From Acidobacteriota bacterium (GTDB lineage Bacteria > Acidobacteriota > Terriglobia > Acidiferrales > UBA7541), in NCBI GenBank assembly GCA_013289585.1, contig JABCZR010000005.1, positions 46,117 to 110,116 of the forward strand: 64,000 bases of DNA, written 5' to 3'. Under the pieces are notes generated by a model, which saw only the letters and a list, made by a program, of their open reading frames with translations, made no database searches and was not told the origin of the DNA. Every line of letters begins with the position of its first letter. Position 1 is the first letter of the stretch. A program made the position numbers and the translations under genes. Of this stretch, positions 47,231 to 57,076 are shown piece by piece.

Positions 47231-48289
47231 ATGATGACAACCAACATGAAGGCGTTGCGGAAAATGCAGGCGGCGAAGGGCCTGCAGATGGATACGGTGG
47301 CGGTGCCGGCGGTGGGGCCGACGGACGTGCTGGTGCGAGTGAAGACGGCTTCGATCTGCGGGACCGATTTGCATATTTATGGATGGGACCGGTGGTCGCA
47401 GGGGCGCATCAAGCCGCCGTTGACGCTGGGGCACGAATTCTGCGGGATCGTGGAGCGCGTGGGCGACGAAGTGCGGGCGGTCAAGCCGGGGGATTTTGTC
47501 AGCGCGGAGATGCATGTGAATTGCGGGCACTGCCACCAGTGCCGGGTGGGTGAAGCGCACATTTGCCAGAATTTGCGGATTATCGGGATCGATCAGGACG
47601 GGGCGTTCGCGGAGTTCGTGAAAATTCCGGCGCCTAATATTTGGAAGCTCGATCCGGCGATTCCGGAGCACTACGGAGCGATTCTCGATCCGCTGGGGAA
47701 CGCGGTGCACACAGTGCTCGCGGGGCCGATCGCGGGGCAGACGGTTCTGGTTACGGGCTGCGGGCCGATTGGGTTGATGGCTATCGCGGTGGCCAAGGCT
47801 TGCGGCGCTTCGAGAGTTTTTGCCACGGAGACGAACGAGCAGCGGCGCGCGATGGCGAAGAAAATGGGCGCGGGCCTGGTGTTGAATCCCGTGACGGAAA
47901 ATGCGGTCGCGACAATTCTTGCAGAAACGGGCGGCACGGGCGTGGATGCGCTTTTGGAGATGAGCGGGAATCCGACGGCGATTCAGCAAGGTTTCAAGGC
48001 GCTGCGAGCGGGAGGCCGAGCGTCGCTACTGGGGATTCCAACGGAGAATGTTCCGCTCGATCTGGTGAATGACGTGATTTTCAAGGGCGCGACGGTGCAG
48101 GGGATTTACGGGCGGCGAATGTACGAGACGTGGGTGCAGATGACGGCGTTGCTGAAGGCGGGGAAGCTGAATTTGGAGCCGCTTTTCGGAGAGCGCACCT
48201 CACTGGATAAATTTGAGAACGCGTTTTCGCTTTTGCAGGGCGGACTTGCGGGAAAAGTTTTGATGTATCCGAATGGATTGCCGCATTGA
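47231..48289 (+). CDS. tdh: L-threonine 3-dehydrogenase
   Basis: SICGTDLHI, GHEF, VSAEMH..CGHCHQC, DPLGNAVH and GCGPIG; adjacent to kbl. Confidence 0.92.
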   Translation: MMTTNMKALRKMQAAKGLQMDTVAVPAVGPTDVLVRVKTASICGTDLHIYGWDRWSQGRIKPPLTLGHEFCGIVERVGDEVRAVKPGDFVSAEMHVNCGHCHQCRVGEAHICQNLRIIGIDQDGAFAEFVKIPAPNIWKLDPAIPEHYGAILDPLGNAVHTVLAGPIAGQTVLVTGCGPIGLMAIAVAKACGASRVFATETNEQRRAMAKKMGAGLVLNPVTENAVATILAETGGTGVDALLEMSGNPTAIQQGFKALRAGGRASLLGIPTENVPLDLVNDVIFKGATVQGIYGRRMYETWVQMTALLKAGKLNLEPLFGERTSLDKFENAFSLLQGGLAGKVLMYPNGLPH

Positions 48290-48292
48290 GAA

Positions 48293-48322
48293 GTGATCAG
48301 CGATCAGTTATCAGTGATCAGT
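48293..48322. repeat. Heptamer tandem repeat (GTGATCA-like, four units)
   Basis: GTGATCA GCGATCA GTTATCA GTGATCA GT, between tdh and kbl. Confidence 0.7.
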
Positions 48323-48393
48323 AAGAAGTAACAACGAGAGATTGAATGAATGCACGCGAGGAACAGCGAGCCTAAGAAACTGGGAGATCGAGC

Positions 48394-49608
48394 ATGAGTG
48401 ACATGGGAGCACAGACTACGAAGCAGAATCCGCTGCAATATGTGAGTGACCAGTTGAATGATTTGCGCTCAAGGGGAGTGGCGCCAAGGCTGCGCGTGTT
48501 GGAAGGCGAGCAGAAGCCGGTTTGCATTTTTGACGGGCGAGAGGTGATCAACCTCGCTTCGAACAATTATCTGGGGCTGACCACGCACAAGGCGCTGCGC
48601 AAAGCTTCGCTGGACGCGGTGAAGCGTTATGGAGCGGGCGCGGGGGCGGTTCGAACGATCGCCGGGACGATGAAGATCCACATGGAGCTGGAGGAGCAGA
48701 TCGCAGCGTTCAAGAACGTGGAAGCTTGCGTGGTTTTTCAATCCGGATTTACGGCCAACGCGGGAACGGTTTCGGCGGTGCTCGGCAAGGAAGACCTGAT
48801 TATTTCCGACGAGCTGAATCACGCGTCGATCATTGACGGGGCGCGGCTTTCGCGGGCGACGATCAAAGTTTTCAAGCACAAGGACGTGAAAGACTGCGAA
48901 CGCATTTTGCAAGAGAGCGTGAGCTTTCCGGGCAAGAAGCTGATCATTACGGATGGCGTTTTCTCCATGGACGGCGACATTGCGCCGCTGCCGGAACTTT
49001 GCGACCTCGCGGAAATATACAACTGCATCATGATGGTGGATGATGCGCACGCTTCGGGAGTGCTGGGGCGCGGCGGGCGGGGGACGGTGGACCATCACCA
49101 GTGCCACGGGCGCGTGCACATACAGGTGGGGACGCTGAGCAAAGCAATCGGAGCGATGGGCGGGTACGTTTGCGGTTCGCGGGACCTGATCGATTTTCTG
49201 TATCTGCGCGCGCGGCCGTTTCTTTTCTCGACTTCGCATCCGCCGGCTACGGCGGCGGCTTGCCAGGCGGCATTTGCGCTGCTGGATTCACCGGAAGGCG
49301 AAAAGCTGGTGAAGAAACTGTGGGCCAACACGAAAATGTTCAAGCGCGAACTGAAGAAACGCGGATTTCAATTCAAGGCGAGCGAGACACCGATTATTCC
49401 GATCCACGTGGGAGACGCGGCGAAAGCGTTCGAATTCTCGAAGAAGCTTTTTGAGGCAGGAGTGTTCGCTCCCGCGGTCGGCTACCCGACTGTGGCGGAA
49501 GGAAGAGCGCGGCTTCGCGCGATCGTCAGCGCGACGCACAAGCGAGAACAACTACTGCGCGCGGCGGACATTCTTGCTGAAGTGGCAAAGCCTCTGGGTA
49601 TCGTCTAG
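48394..49608 (+). CDS. kbl: Glycine C-acetyltransferase (2-amino-3-ketobutyrate CoA ligase)
   Basis: ASNNYLGL, DELNHASIIDG, TDGVFSMDGD, DDAH and GTLSKA; follows tdh. Confidence 0.88.
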   Translation: MSDMGAQTTKQNPLQYVSDQLNDLRSRGVAPRLRVLEGEQKPVCIFDGREVINLASNNYLGLTTHKALRKASLDAVKRYGAGAGAVRTIAGTMKIHMELEEQIAAFKNVEACVVFQSGFTANAGTVSAVLGKEDLIISDELNHASIIDGARLSRATIKVFKHKDVKDCERILQESVSFPGKKLIITDGVFSMDGDIAPLPELCDLAEIYNCIMMVDDAHASGVLGRGGRGTVDHHQCHGRVHIQVGTLSKAIGAMGGYVCGSRDLIDFLYLRARPFLFSTSHPPATAAACQAAFALLDSPEGEKLVKKLWANTKMFKRELKKRGFQFKASETPIIPIHVGDAAKAFEFSKKLFEAGVFAPAVGYPTVAEGRARLRAIVSATHKREQLLRAADILAEVAKPLGIV

Positions 49609-49662
49609 CCGGATGTGGGGGTAGGTCGGGGCTTGGTCTCCCCCTTTGCTATACTCGCCCGC

Positions 49663-52293
49663 ATGCCTTCTGCACCGAAAAAACTGTTTCTCGTTGATGC
49701 CATGGCGCATGTTTACCGGGCCTTCTTTGCGCCTATGCCTCAGCGGCTCACGGGTCCCGGCGGCGTCCCCACGAACGTGCCCTTTTTGTTCGGAAATATC
49801 CTGCGACGGTTGATCAAGGACTACCAGCCGGACTACATCGGAATTGTCTTTGATCCACCTGGAGCGACATTCCGCGACAAGCTTTTCGAGAAATACAAAG
49901 CGCAGCGGCAGCCCATGCCTGACGAAATGCGTGTGCAATTGCCGTTCGTTCGCCGGTTGTGTGAAGCGATGCGCCTGCCGATTCTCGAAGTCAAGGGCTA
50001 CGAAGCAGACGATGTGATCGGAACGATGGCGGTCAAGGCCGGCAAGCACAACCTGGAAGTGCTGATCGTGTCCAACGACAAAGACATGATGCAGCTCGTC
50101 GGCAAAAACGTTCGAACGCTGCGCACCGGCTCCGGCGGCGCCAAGGGCGACATCATCGTGGACGAAAAGAAGGTTGAAGAGTTACTCGGTGTGCCGCCGG
50201 ATAAAGTCGTGGACTACATGGCGCTGCTCGGCGACACGATTGACAACATCCCCGGCGCAAAGGGAATCGGCGAAAAAGGCGCAGCGGAATTGATCAAGAA
50301 GTACGGGAGCGTCGAGAATGCGCTTGATCATGCCGATGAAGTGCCTAACAAGCGATACCGTGAAGCTTTGCAGCAGCAGCGCGAACAAGTGCTGATGTCC
50401 AAGCAACTGGCGGAGATCGCCAAGGACGCGCCGATTGAGCTCAAGCTTCAAGAACTGGAGATGCGACCACCAAACGGCGCGGCGCTTGCCGAATTCTATC
50501 GAGAGCTGGGCTTCAGCTCGCTGCTGAAGGAGCTAGGTTCGGAAGCGGTGGCGTCGTCGGCGCCGGCGAATGCAGAGTCCGCCGCGGGGACGGATTATGC
50601 GCAATTCGCAACGGTTGTGGAATTCCGCGAGTATCTCGCGGAGCTTCCCGCGAAGCAGCCGCTGGCGATCTGGCTGAATCTGGAATTGGGAGAACGCGAA
50701 TCGGAAGGGTTTGGGACGCGCATCGCTTCGATTGAGGTTTCGCCGAAAGCCGGAGAAGGGCGCTCCGTCTGGCTGGATGAAAAAGGAGAGGCGCTGAAAG
50801 CACTCGCGCCGGTGCTTGAGGACCGCAAGCGCCCAAAAATTGTCCACGATCCCAAATTATTTCAATTGCTGACGGGCCGGGTCACTCATATCGCGGACGC
50901 GACGCAACTGTACTCGTATCTATTGCGCCCGACAACGGCAAACCACAATTTTAACGATGTGGTGATGCGGCAATTCAACTCGATGCTCGGGGGCGGGGCG
51001 GGCGAGCACGCGGATTATCTGCAACGGCTTGCGCCGGCACTGCGCGAGCAAATCGAAGAGCAGAAACTTGAGAGCGTTTACGAGAAAATTGATCTGCCGC
51101 TTGCGCCGGTGCTCGCAGACATCGAACGCGTGGGGATCCGCGTGGATCGCAAAGAGCTGGACAAGATGTCGCAGTCGATGGAGAAAGAGGTCCGGCGGCT
51201 GGAAAAAGAGATCTGGAAGCTGGCGGGTTCGGAATTCAACGTCAACTCGCCGACGCAGCTGGCGGAAATTCTTTTCGACAAGCTGAATCTGCAGCCAAAC
51301 CCGCGGCGGGGAAAAGCGAAGGCGCGATCGACGGCGGTGGATATCCTCGAAGAACTCTCCGCGCAGCATGAGCTGCCGGCGAAAATCATCGAGTACCGCG
51401 AAATCGCCAAGCTGAAATCGACGTATGTGGACGCGCTGCCAAAACTCATCCATCCGGAGACGGGACGGCTGCACACCAGTTTTTCGCAGACCGGGACGGC
51501 TACGGGCCGGCTCAGCTCCAGCGATCCGAATTTGCAGAATATTCCGATTCGCACCGAACTGGGCCGTGAAATTCGAGCCGCGTTTGTGGCGGAAAAAGGG
51601 AAAATCCTGCTTTCCGCGGATTACTCACAGATCGAGCTGCGCATCATGGCGCATTTTTCGAAAGATCCAGTGCTCACCGATGCCTTTCGAAACGGCGAAG
51701 ACATTCACGCGCGCACGGCGCAGGAAGTCTTCGGCGTCGGACCGCTGGCGCAGACAGCGGAGCACCGGCGCGCGGCGAAGGCCATCAATTTCGGCATTAT
51801 TTACGGGCTCTCGCCGTTCGGGCTGGCGCAGCAACTGGCCATCGAGCAAAAAGAGGCGGCGAAATTCATCAATGCGTATTTCACCCGCTATCGCGGCGTG
51901 AAAGAGTATCTCGACAACATTATTGCCGAGACGCGCAAGACCAGCATGGCGAAAACGCTATTCGGAAGAATCCGCCCGATCCCCGAAATCAATTCGCCGC
52001 AGATGCAGCTTCGCAATTTTGCGGAGCGCACGGCGCTGAATTCACCGCTTCAGGGAACGGCCGCGGATCTGATCAAGCTGGCGATGATTCGAATCGACGG
52101 GCGCCTGGCGGCGGAAAGATTCGAAGCAAAAATGATCCTGCAGGTCCACGACGAGCTGCTGTTCGAAGCGCCGGCGAGAGAGCGCGGGAAACTCGAGAAA
52201 CTGGTGCAAGAAGAGATGGAAGGAGTCCACAAGCTCGACGTTCCGCTGGTGGTGGAAGTCGGCGTGGGCCCCAACTGGCGCGACCTGGACTGA
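49663..52293 (+). CDS. polA: DNA polymerase I
   Basis: 5'-3' exonuclease (LVDAMAHVYRAFF, EADDVIGT); polymerase motifs TGRLSSSDPNLQNIP, ADYSQIELR, KAINFGIIYG and QVHDEL. Confidence 0.97.
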   Translation: MPSAPKKLFLVDAMAHVYRAFFAPMPQRLTGPGGVPTNVPFLFGNILRRLIKDYQPDYIGIVFDPPGATFRDKLFEKYKAQRQPMPDEMRVQLPFVRRLCEAMRLPILEVKGYEADDVIGTMAVKAGKHNLEVLIVSNDKDMMQLVGKNVRTLRTGSGGAKGDIIVDEKKVEELLGVPPDKVVDYMALLGDTIDNIPGAKGIGEKGAAELIKKYGSVENALDHADEVPNKRYREALQQQREQVLMSKQLAEIAKDAPIELKLQELEMRPPNGAALAEFYRELGFSSLLKELGSEAVASSAPANAESAAGTDYAQFATVVEFREYLAELPAKQPLAIWLNLELGERESEGFGTRIASIEVSPKAGEGRSVWLDEKGEALKALAPVLEDRKRPKIVHDPKLFQLLTGRVTHIADATQLYSYLLRPTTANHNFNDVVMRQFNSMLGGGAGEHADYLQRLAPALREQIEEQKLESVYEKIDLPLAPVLADIERVGIRVDRKELDKMSQSMEKEVRRLEKEIWKLAGSEFNVNSPTQLAEILFDKLNLQPNPRRGKAKARSTAVDILEELSAQHELPAKIIEYREIAKLKSTYVDALPKLIHPETGRLHTSFSQTGTATGRLSSSDPNLQNIPIRTELGREIRAAFVAEKGKILLSADYSQIELRIMAHFSKDPVLTDAFRNGEDIHARTAQEVFGVGPLAQTAEHRRAAKAINFGIIYGLSPFGLAQQLAIEQKEAAKFINAYFTRYRGVKEYLDNIIAETRKTSMAKTLFGRIRPIPEINSPQMQLRNFAERTALNSPLQGTAADLIKLAMIRIDGRLAAERFEAKMILQVHDELLFEAPARERGKLEKLVQEEMEGVHKLDVPLVVEVGVGPNWRDLD

Positions 52294-52489
52294 CAGAATC
52301 TCTCTTGGGCCGGTGAGCGCAAGCCATTGGCCAACATTGGATTCCATTCACGCTCACGTTTGATTGGAGACCGTCAACGTACCTGTACTTTGGTACAGGG
52401 ATACGTTTGGTTACGCAGCCCGAGATATAGAAACCGGTAATTTTAACCTCATGCTACTTTGAAGCCTGGAAGCATCTCTGGGGGGAATC

Positions 52490-54370
52490 ATGCGCCGCGT
52501 TCACTTTTCTTTGCTTTGCACGGTCGTCATTCTGGTTCTTGCTGCTTGCAGCGGACCGATCCGCACCACGACCGGTGGCGGCGGAGGCGGTGGCGGCATC
52601 ACCGTTTCGCTGAATCTGAGTACCGCGACGGTGAACGTTTTCGGAACACAACAGTTCTCTGCGACCGTCAATGGTTCTTCGAATCAAGCGGTCACTTGGC
52701 AGGTGAATAGTGTCACCGGGGGAAGCAAAGCCACGGGATTTGTCTCCAGCACTGGATTGTACGTGGCGCCGAGCGGTGTGCCGGTGAAGTCGGATGGGAA
52801 TGGCGGCGTTCTGCTTGCCACAGTGACGGTCTCGGCGGTGTCTGTGGCCAACACAGGAGCATCAGGCTCCGCAATCGTCACGATTAAAGCGCAAACGAAT
52901 CAGAATGCACAGACGGGAGCGGTTAAGCTGGGCACTTCGGGAGGCAACTCGACCGATATCGCGGGAGGCATGTGCTGCGGCGGGACGCTAGGGTCTTTGT
53001 TGACCCGGGGCGGCACGAAGTACATCCTGAGCAACAATCACGTCCTGGCAAAGAGTGATTTTGGCACCGTCGGCGATCCGGTCACGCAGCCAGGGATTAT
53101 CGACGTTCCGCAGACGTGCTCAACCAACGGAACGACCACGGTAGCGAATCTCTCTGAGTTTTATAATTTGCAGACCGGATCGCTTCCCAAAGTAGATGCG
53201 GCGATGGCGCAGATTGTGAACGGCGCGGTCGATCCAACCGGTAGCATCTTGCTGCTGGGCTCGACGATGACAAACGGAGTTCCTGATCCGGCGCCACCGG
53301 CCGCCGGTGCGGGCATATCGCCGACCGCGGCGCAGGGAGGTCCGCACAATGGCCTCGTCGCGAAGGTTGGCCGAACGACGGGCCTCACGTGCGCGAGCAT
53401 TCTGACGATAAATTTTACGACCACCATCACCTACACGCAAAACTGCGATGGAACGGGGACGAGCTTCCCGGTGACCTACAACGACATGGTGCAAGTTAGC
53501 GGAGGGCAGTTTGGCGCGCCAGGCGATTCGGGGTCACTGATTGTGACGCAGGACACAGCGGAGGGAGTGGCGATACTCGTGGGAGGAAACGATCAGGACA
53601 CGGTAGGGAATGCGATTACCGACGTCCTCACTTTTTTCACGAACAACGGCGGCAGCACGACTACGATTGTTGGAGGAGCCACGCACAGCGTCCTCGGATG
53701 CTCCCTGCCGACTGCGCCTGCGAACGCGGTTCAGACTTTGTCTGCGTCGGCCCTCGCCGGCGACACACTGCAGAAGGCCCTAGCGGTTCGAGACGCACAC
53801 GGACCGCAGTTGATGGGGTATCCCGAAGTACAAGCGGTGGGAGTGGGAGCGAGCTACGACAATCCAGCCGAGGCGGCGATTGTGTTTTTCGTGATCAAGG
53901 GACAGCCACGCAGCAACCTGCCGCAGCAAGTCGATGGCGTGAGAACACGCATTGTTGAAAACGATGCGTTCGCGGCGCGAGGCTTGGTTACCGCGGCAGA
54001 AAGCGCAGTGCTGGAAAAGTCGGCGGCAGCTCCGCAGCTGGTTTATCCACTTTCGTCGGAAGAAATCGCCCGGGCGAAGGTGGTTGAAACTGCACACATG
54101 GCAGAGCTCTTGAAGCAGCCGGGAGTGCAGGGCGTGGGCATCAGCTCCAGCGCTGATTCCGCGGGAGAGGCGGCGCTCCTGATTTATTTCATTCGCGGCG
54201 TTGAGCATGGCTCAGTTCCGCAGGTCATTGATGGACTGCGTACGCGCGTACGCGAGGGCAGCCGGTTCCGCGGGGATTATGGCGGTGTGCATCCGAAACG
54301 TGGATGCTCGGTGCCCGCCCCGAAGACGGCGCAGGCGGGAACAGCGCCCATCGCCAAGCCCAAACCGTAG
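52490..54370 (+). CDS. Lipoprotein with an Ig-like domain, a trypsin-like (S1/Nal1-like) protease domain and two C-terminal repeats
   Basis: Lipobox LAAC; QFSATVNG..VTWQVN; SNNHV, VDAA and GDSGS. Confidence 0.78.
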   Translation: MRRVHFSLLCTVVILVLAACSGPIRTTTGGGGGGGGITVSLNLSTATVNVFGTQQFSATVNGSSNQAVTWQVNSVTGGSKATGFVSSTGLYVAPSGVPVKSDGNGGVLLATVTVSAVSVANTGASGSAIVTIKAQTNQNAQTGAVKLGTSGGNSTDIAGGMCCGGTLGSLLTRGGTKYILSNNHVLAKSDFGTVGDPVTQPGIIDVPQTCSTNGTTTVANLSEFYNLQTGSLPKVDAAMAQIVNGAVDPTGSILLLGSTMTNGVPDPAPPAAGAGISPTAAQGGPHNGLVAKVGRTTGLTCASILTINFTTTITYTQNCDGTGTSFPVTYNDMVQVSGGQFGAPGDSGSLIVTQDTAEGVAILVGGNDQDTVGNAITDVLTFFTNNGGSTTTIVGGATHSVLGCSLPTAPANAVQTLSASALAGDTLQKALAVRDAHGPQLMGYPEVQAVGVGASYDNPAEAAIVFFVIKGQPRSNLPQQVDGVRTRIVENDAFAARGLVTAAESAVLEKSAAAPQLVYPLSSEEIARAKVVETAHMAELLKQPGVQGVGISSSADSAGEAALLIYFIRGVEHGSVPQVIDGLRTRVREGSRFRGDYGGVHPKRGCSVPAPKTAQAGTAPIAKPKP

Positions 54371-54510
54371 TGTTGCGGGCGGGGCTGGGCCCCGGCGTTC
54401 CTGCTATTCAAATTTTTGATTCTTTCCTTCTGCGATTCGCGGGCGTAGAATCCGCTCACGATCAAGCCGAATTCGCTCGTTCGGCCGGCCCTTCCTGACA
54501 GGAGGAAGTT

Positions 54511-54942
54511 ATGCGCTGGACCATCCTTGTTCCGGGTGCGTTTGTGCTTGCGGGTTTAGGGATTTCAAACGTCAAGCCCAACGCGACTCAGGAAAAACCG
54601 GCCTCCGCAGAACCCAAGATGACGGCTGAAGATGCCGCGAAGAAAAATCCCGTGCCGCCAACGCCGGAGGGTCTGGCGGAGGTGCGCAAACTGTATGGCT
54701 ACAATTGCGCGATGTGCCATGGAAAAACAGGTGACGGCAAGGGCGATCTTGCCGCGGATATGAAGCTTGAACTGCGCGACTGGCGCGACCCGGCTTCGCT
54801 CGAGAAAATGACCGATGGCGAACTCTTCTGGATGATCAGCAACGGCAAAGGAAAGATGCCCGGGGAAGGCGACCGCACCCCGGAAAAAATGCGTTGGAAT
54901 TACGTGAACCTGGTGCGTTCGTTTGCCAAAAAGGCCAGCTAG
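54511..54942 (+). CDS. Monoheme cytochrome c
   Basis: KNPVP, CAMCHG..GDGKG, TDGELFW.I.NG and MP. Confidence 0.88.
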   Translation: MRWTILVPGAFVLAGLGISNVKPNATQEKPASAEPKMTAEDAAKKNPVPPTPEGLAEVRKLYGYNCAMCHGKTGDGKGDLAADMKLELRDWRDPASLEKMTDGELFWMISNGKGKMPGEGDRTPEKMRWNYVNLVRSFAKKAS

Positions 54943-55102
54943 GGGGCAGGGATCGAAGGCTCACTGATACAGAAAGCTTGGATTTTCCGCACCGGGCGGC
55001 GATATCAAAAAATCATGCTAGCGCGATGGCCGCGGCGGTGAATGGGCCCCGCGGCCTCTGTGTTATCCTCATTTCGAATCCATTCCTGCAAGGAGTTTTC
55101 CC

Positions 55103-55471
55103 ATGGCACATGCACCACAATTCCTGAAACTTGTTAACGAAGCGAAAAGTAGAGTGAAGGAAACCAACGTCGCCGACGTGAAGCGCCGCCGCGAAGCCGG
55201 CGAGAAATTCATCCTGGTGGACGTCCGCGAGGACAATGAGTGGGCCAACGGCCATCTGCCCGGCGCAGTGCATTTGGGCAAGGGAATCATCGAACGGGAC
55301 ATCGAGCAGCGCGTGCCGGACAACAACTCGAAAGTCGTTCTTTATTGTGGCGGGGGATTTCGTTCGGCGCTGGTGGCGGACAACCTGCAGAAAATGGGCT
55401 ACACCAACGTTGAATCCATGGACGGCGGCTGGAAAGGGTGGCTGGACGCGGGTTTGCCCACGGAGAAATAG
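55103..55471 (+). CDS. Rhodanese-like domain protein
   Basis: VDVRE, GHLPGA, YCGGGFRSAL and MDGG..GW. Confidence 0.92.
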   Translation: MAHAPQFLKLVNEAKSRVKETNVADVKRRREAGEKFILVDVREDNEWANGHLPGAVHLGKGIIERDIEQRVPDNNSKVVLYCGGGFRSALVADNLQKMGYTNVESMDGGWKGWLDAGLPTEK

Positions 55472-55504
55472 TAAAGAGGAAGCTCGCTTCGCTTGCGCAG
55501 AAAA

Positions 55505-55528
55505 TTGGCTGGGGCGGAAGGATTCGAA
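55505..55528 (-). repeat. 24-bp duplication of the tRNA-Asn 3' end (att site)
   Basis: TTGGCTGGGGCGGAAGGATTCGAA is identical to 59112-59135. Confidence 0.92.
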
Positions 55529-56041
55529 GATTAACCCCGTATGCTCAAAAGCCGCTGAAATCGCTGGTTTCCAGTGTTCCCAACGACTTAGCACGTTTCC
55601 TGTCTAAGCCACAGGAAGCGATTTTAAGCATTTTTATATTCCAATCGGTATTAAAACGGTAGTAGGAGACGGTACGTCGCACCAGTATCAGAAACTTGAT
55701 GCTGCTTCCGACCTAGTCGGCAGCGGTAGCCAAGGGTGTCAGATCCTTGCGTTTCTCTTGGGCATCTTGAGCAATGACCAAGAGGAGGGATTCTGTCCAA
55801 GCACCCTAAGAAATTCCCAGTGGCGATGGTAAAATCTAACTCCTTTTGTAGTCAATGAGAGAAAAGCGGAAAAACGGTTTTGCCAGTGTTAGCAGAAAAT
55901 CGAGGTTTGGATTCTCGCTGGGAGTCTTAGGAAAGCTTAGGAAGGCACAACGACTACCGCAGTATTTTCGTTTGAGCGAGCACCGCCGCTTCCGTAAGTC
56001 CGGTAGCAATCCACTAGGGGTGGCGCTCGATCAGGCGGCTC

Positions 56042-56920
56042 TTAGTTCACACTTCTCAGAAGTTCCTTCTCCTGAGGCGAAAAATAGCTATAGGAACCCG
56101 TTTCGATTTCCCGCTCGCGAGCAAACGGAGGCATCTCGCGCAATCTTTGCAATGCTTTTTGCATTTCTGGTCGAAGCGCCACATTTGCTTGCTGAGTGCC
56201 CCGCTCCGTTGTGGCCCGCTCCGGGATCGAAAGTGCGTCTCGGTAACTGCTCGGCGTCACGCTCATCCTGTTAACGGAGTGAACCGACCCACGCGGCGCA
56301 ACGGCCGCGACGTTGCTGTTTGCGGAGTTCGCGTCGAGTGAGCCTCCCGGTACCGGGGGTCTCCAGAATCTTGCCGGGCCGTTCTGATTGGGCTGGGGCC
56401 GTGCGTTGGGATCTGCCGGTGGAGGATCGTCATTCCCCTTGTCAGGATCCGGATAGGCCGGGGGATAATCCGAAGGACCGTAGTACGGGTAAGAATAATA
56501 AGGATCGGGCGCGTAATACCACGGGCTGTAGTAGTAGGCATACGGATATCCCCATCCCCAACCCCAATACGGCCACCCAAAGCCAAATCCCCATCCGTAA
56601 CCGTATCCTCGGCCCCAATATCTTCCGCCCCAGCCGTAGCCGCCGCGCCCTCCGTAGTACCCACGCCCTCCATAGTAGCCGCCACGATACCCGCCGTAAG
56701 AGCGTCCGCCGCCGTACCCAGAGTGGCCTCCGGCGTAGAAACCTCCACCCCCGTGAAACCCTCCTCCGCCGCCTCCGTGAAATCCTCCGCCACCGCCGCC
56801 GTGGAATCCTCCTCCCCCACCGTGACCTCCATGTTGGGCAAGCACCGGCTGCGGCAACCAACTGTGCGCAATCATCGCGACGAGGACAAAAACTACTCGA
56901 AATAAGATGGCTTTCTTCAT
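56042..56920 (-). CDS. Exported Gly/Tyr/Pro-rich low-complexity protein
   Basis: Signal peptide; GGGGFHG repeats, GYGWG/YYG region, Pro-rich linker and short C-terminal domain. Confidence 0.75.
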   Translation of the reverse strand: MKKAILFRVVFVLVAMIAHSWLPQPVLAQHGGHGGGGGFHGGGGGGFHGGGGGGFHGGGGFYAGGHSGYGGGRSYGGYRGGYYGGRGYYGGRGGYGWGGRYWGRGYGYGWGFGFGWPYWGWGWGYPYAYYYSPWYYAPDPYYSYPYYGPSDYPPAYPDPDKGNDDPPPADPNARPQPNQNGPARFWRPPVPGGSLDANSANSNVAAVAPRGSVHSVNRMSVTPSSYRDALSIPERATTERGTQQANVALRPEMQKALQRLREMPPFAREREIETGSYSYFSPQEKELLRSVN

Positions 56921-57076
56921 ATCACTATCCTCGGTTCCAGGCCCCTCAATCCTTAGATGACAAATGCGCTTCCAAGGGTTCCAAACTCGTACTCGACTCT
57001 TGGGGATGACAGGAACACCGTACGCGACACAAGCCCGTCCGCTTCCATCTCGCGCACCGTCTTGGCCAGCCCAGTG

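Noticed and set aside
39400-49600. Apparently G-rich plus strand irrespective of gene direction
   Set aside because: Judged by eye only; ordinary replication-strand skew would explain it, and a sliding-window GC-skew and codon analysis is needed before claiming foreign origin.
55855-56274. 139-aa plus-strand ORF inside the tRNA-Asn island
   Set aside because: No motif, atypical composition and a 230-bp overlap with the better-supported minus-strand gene.
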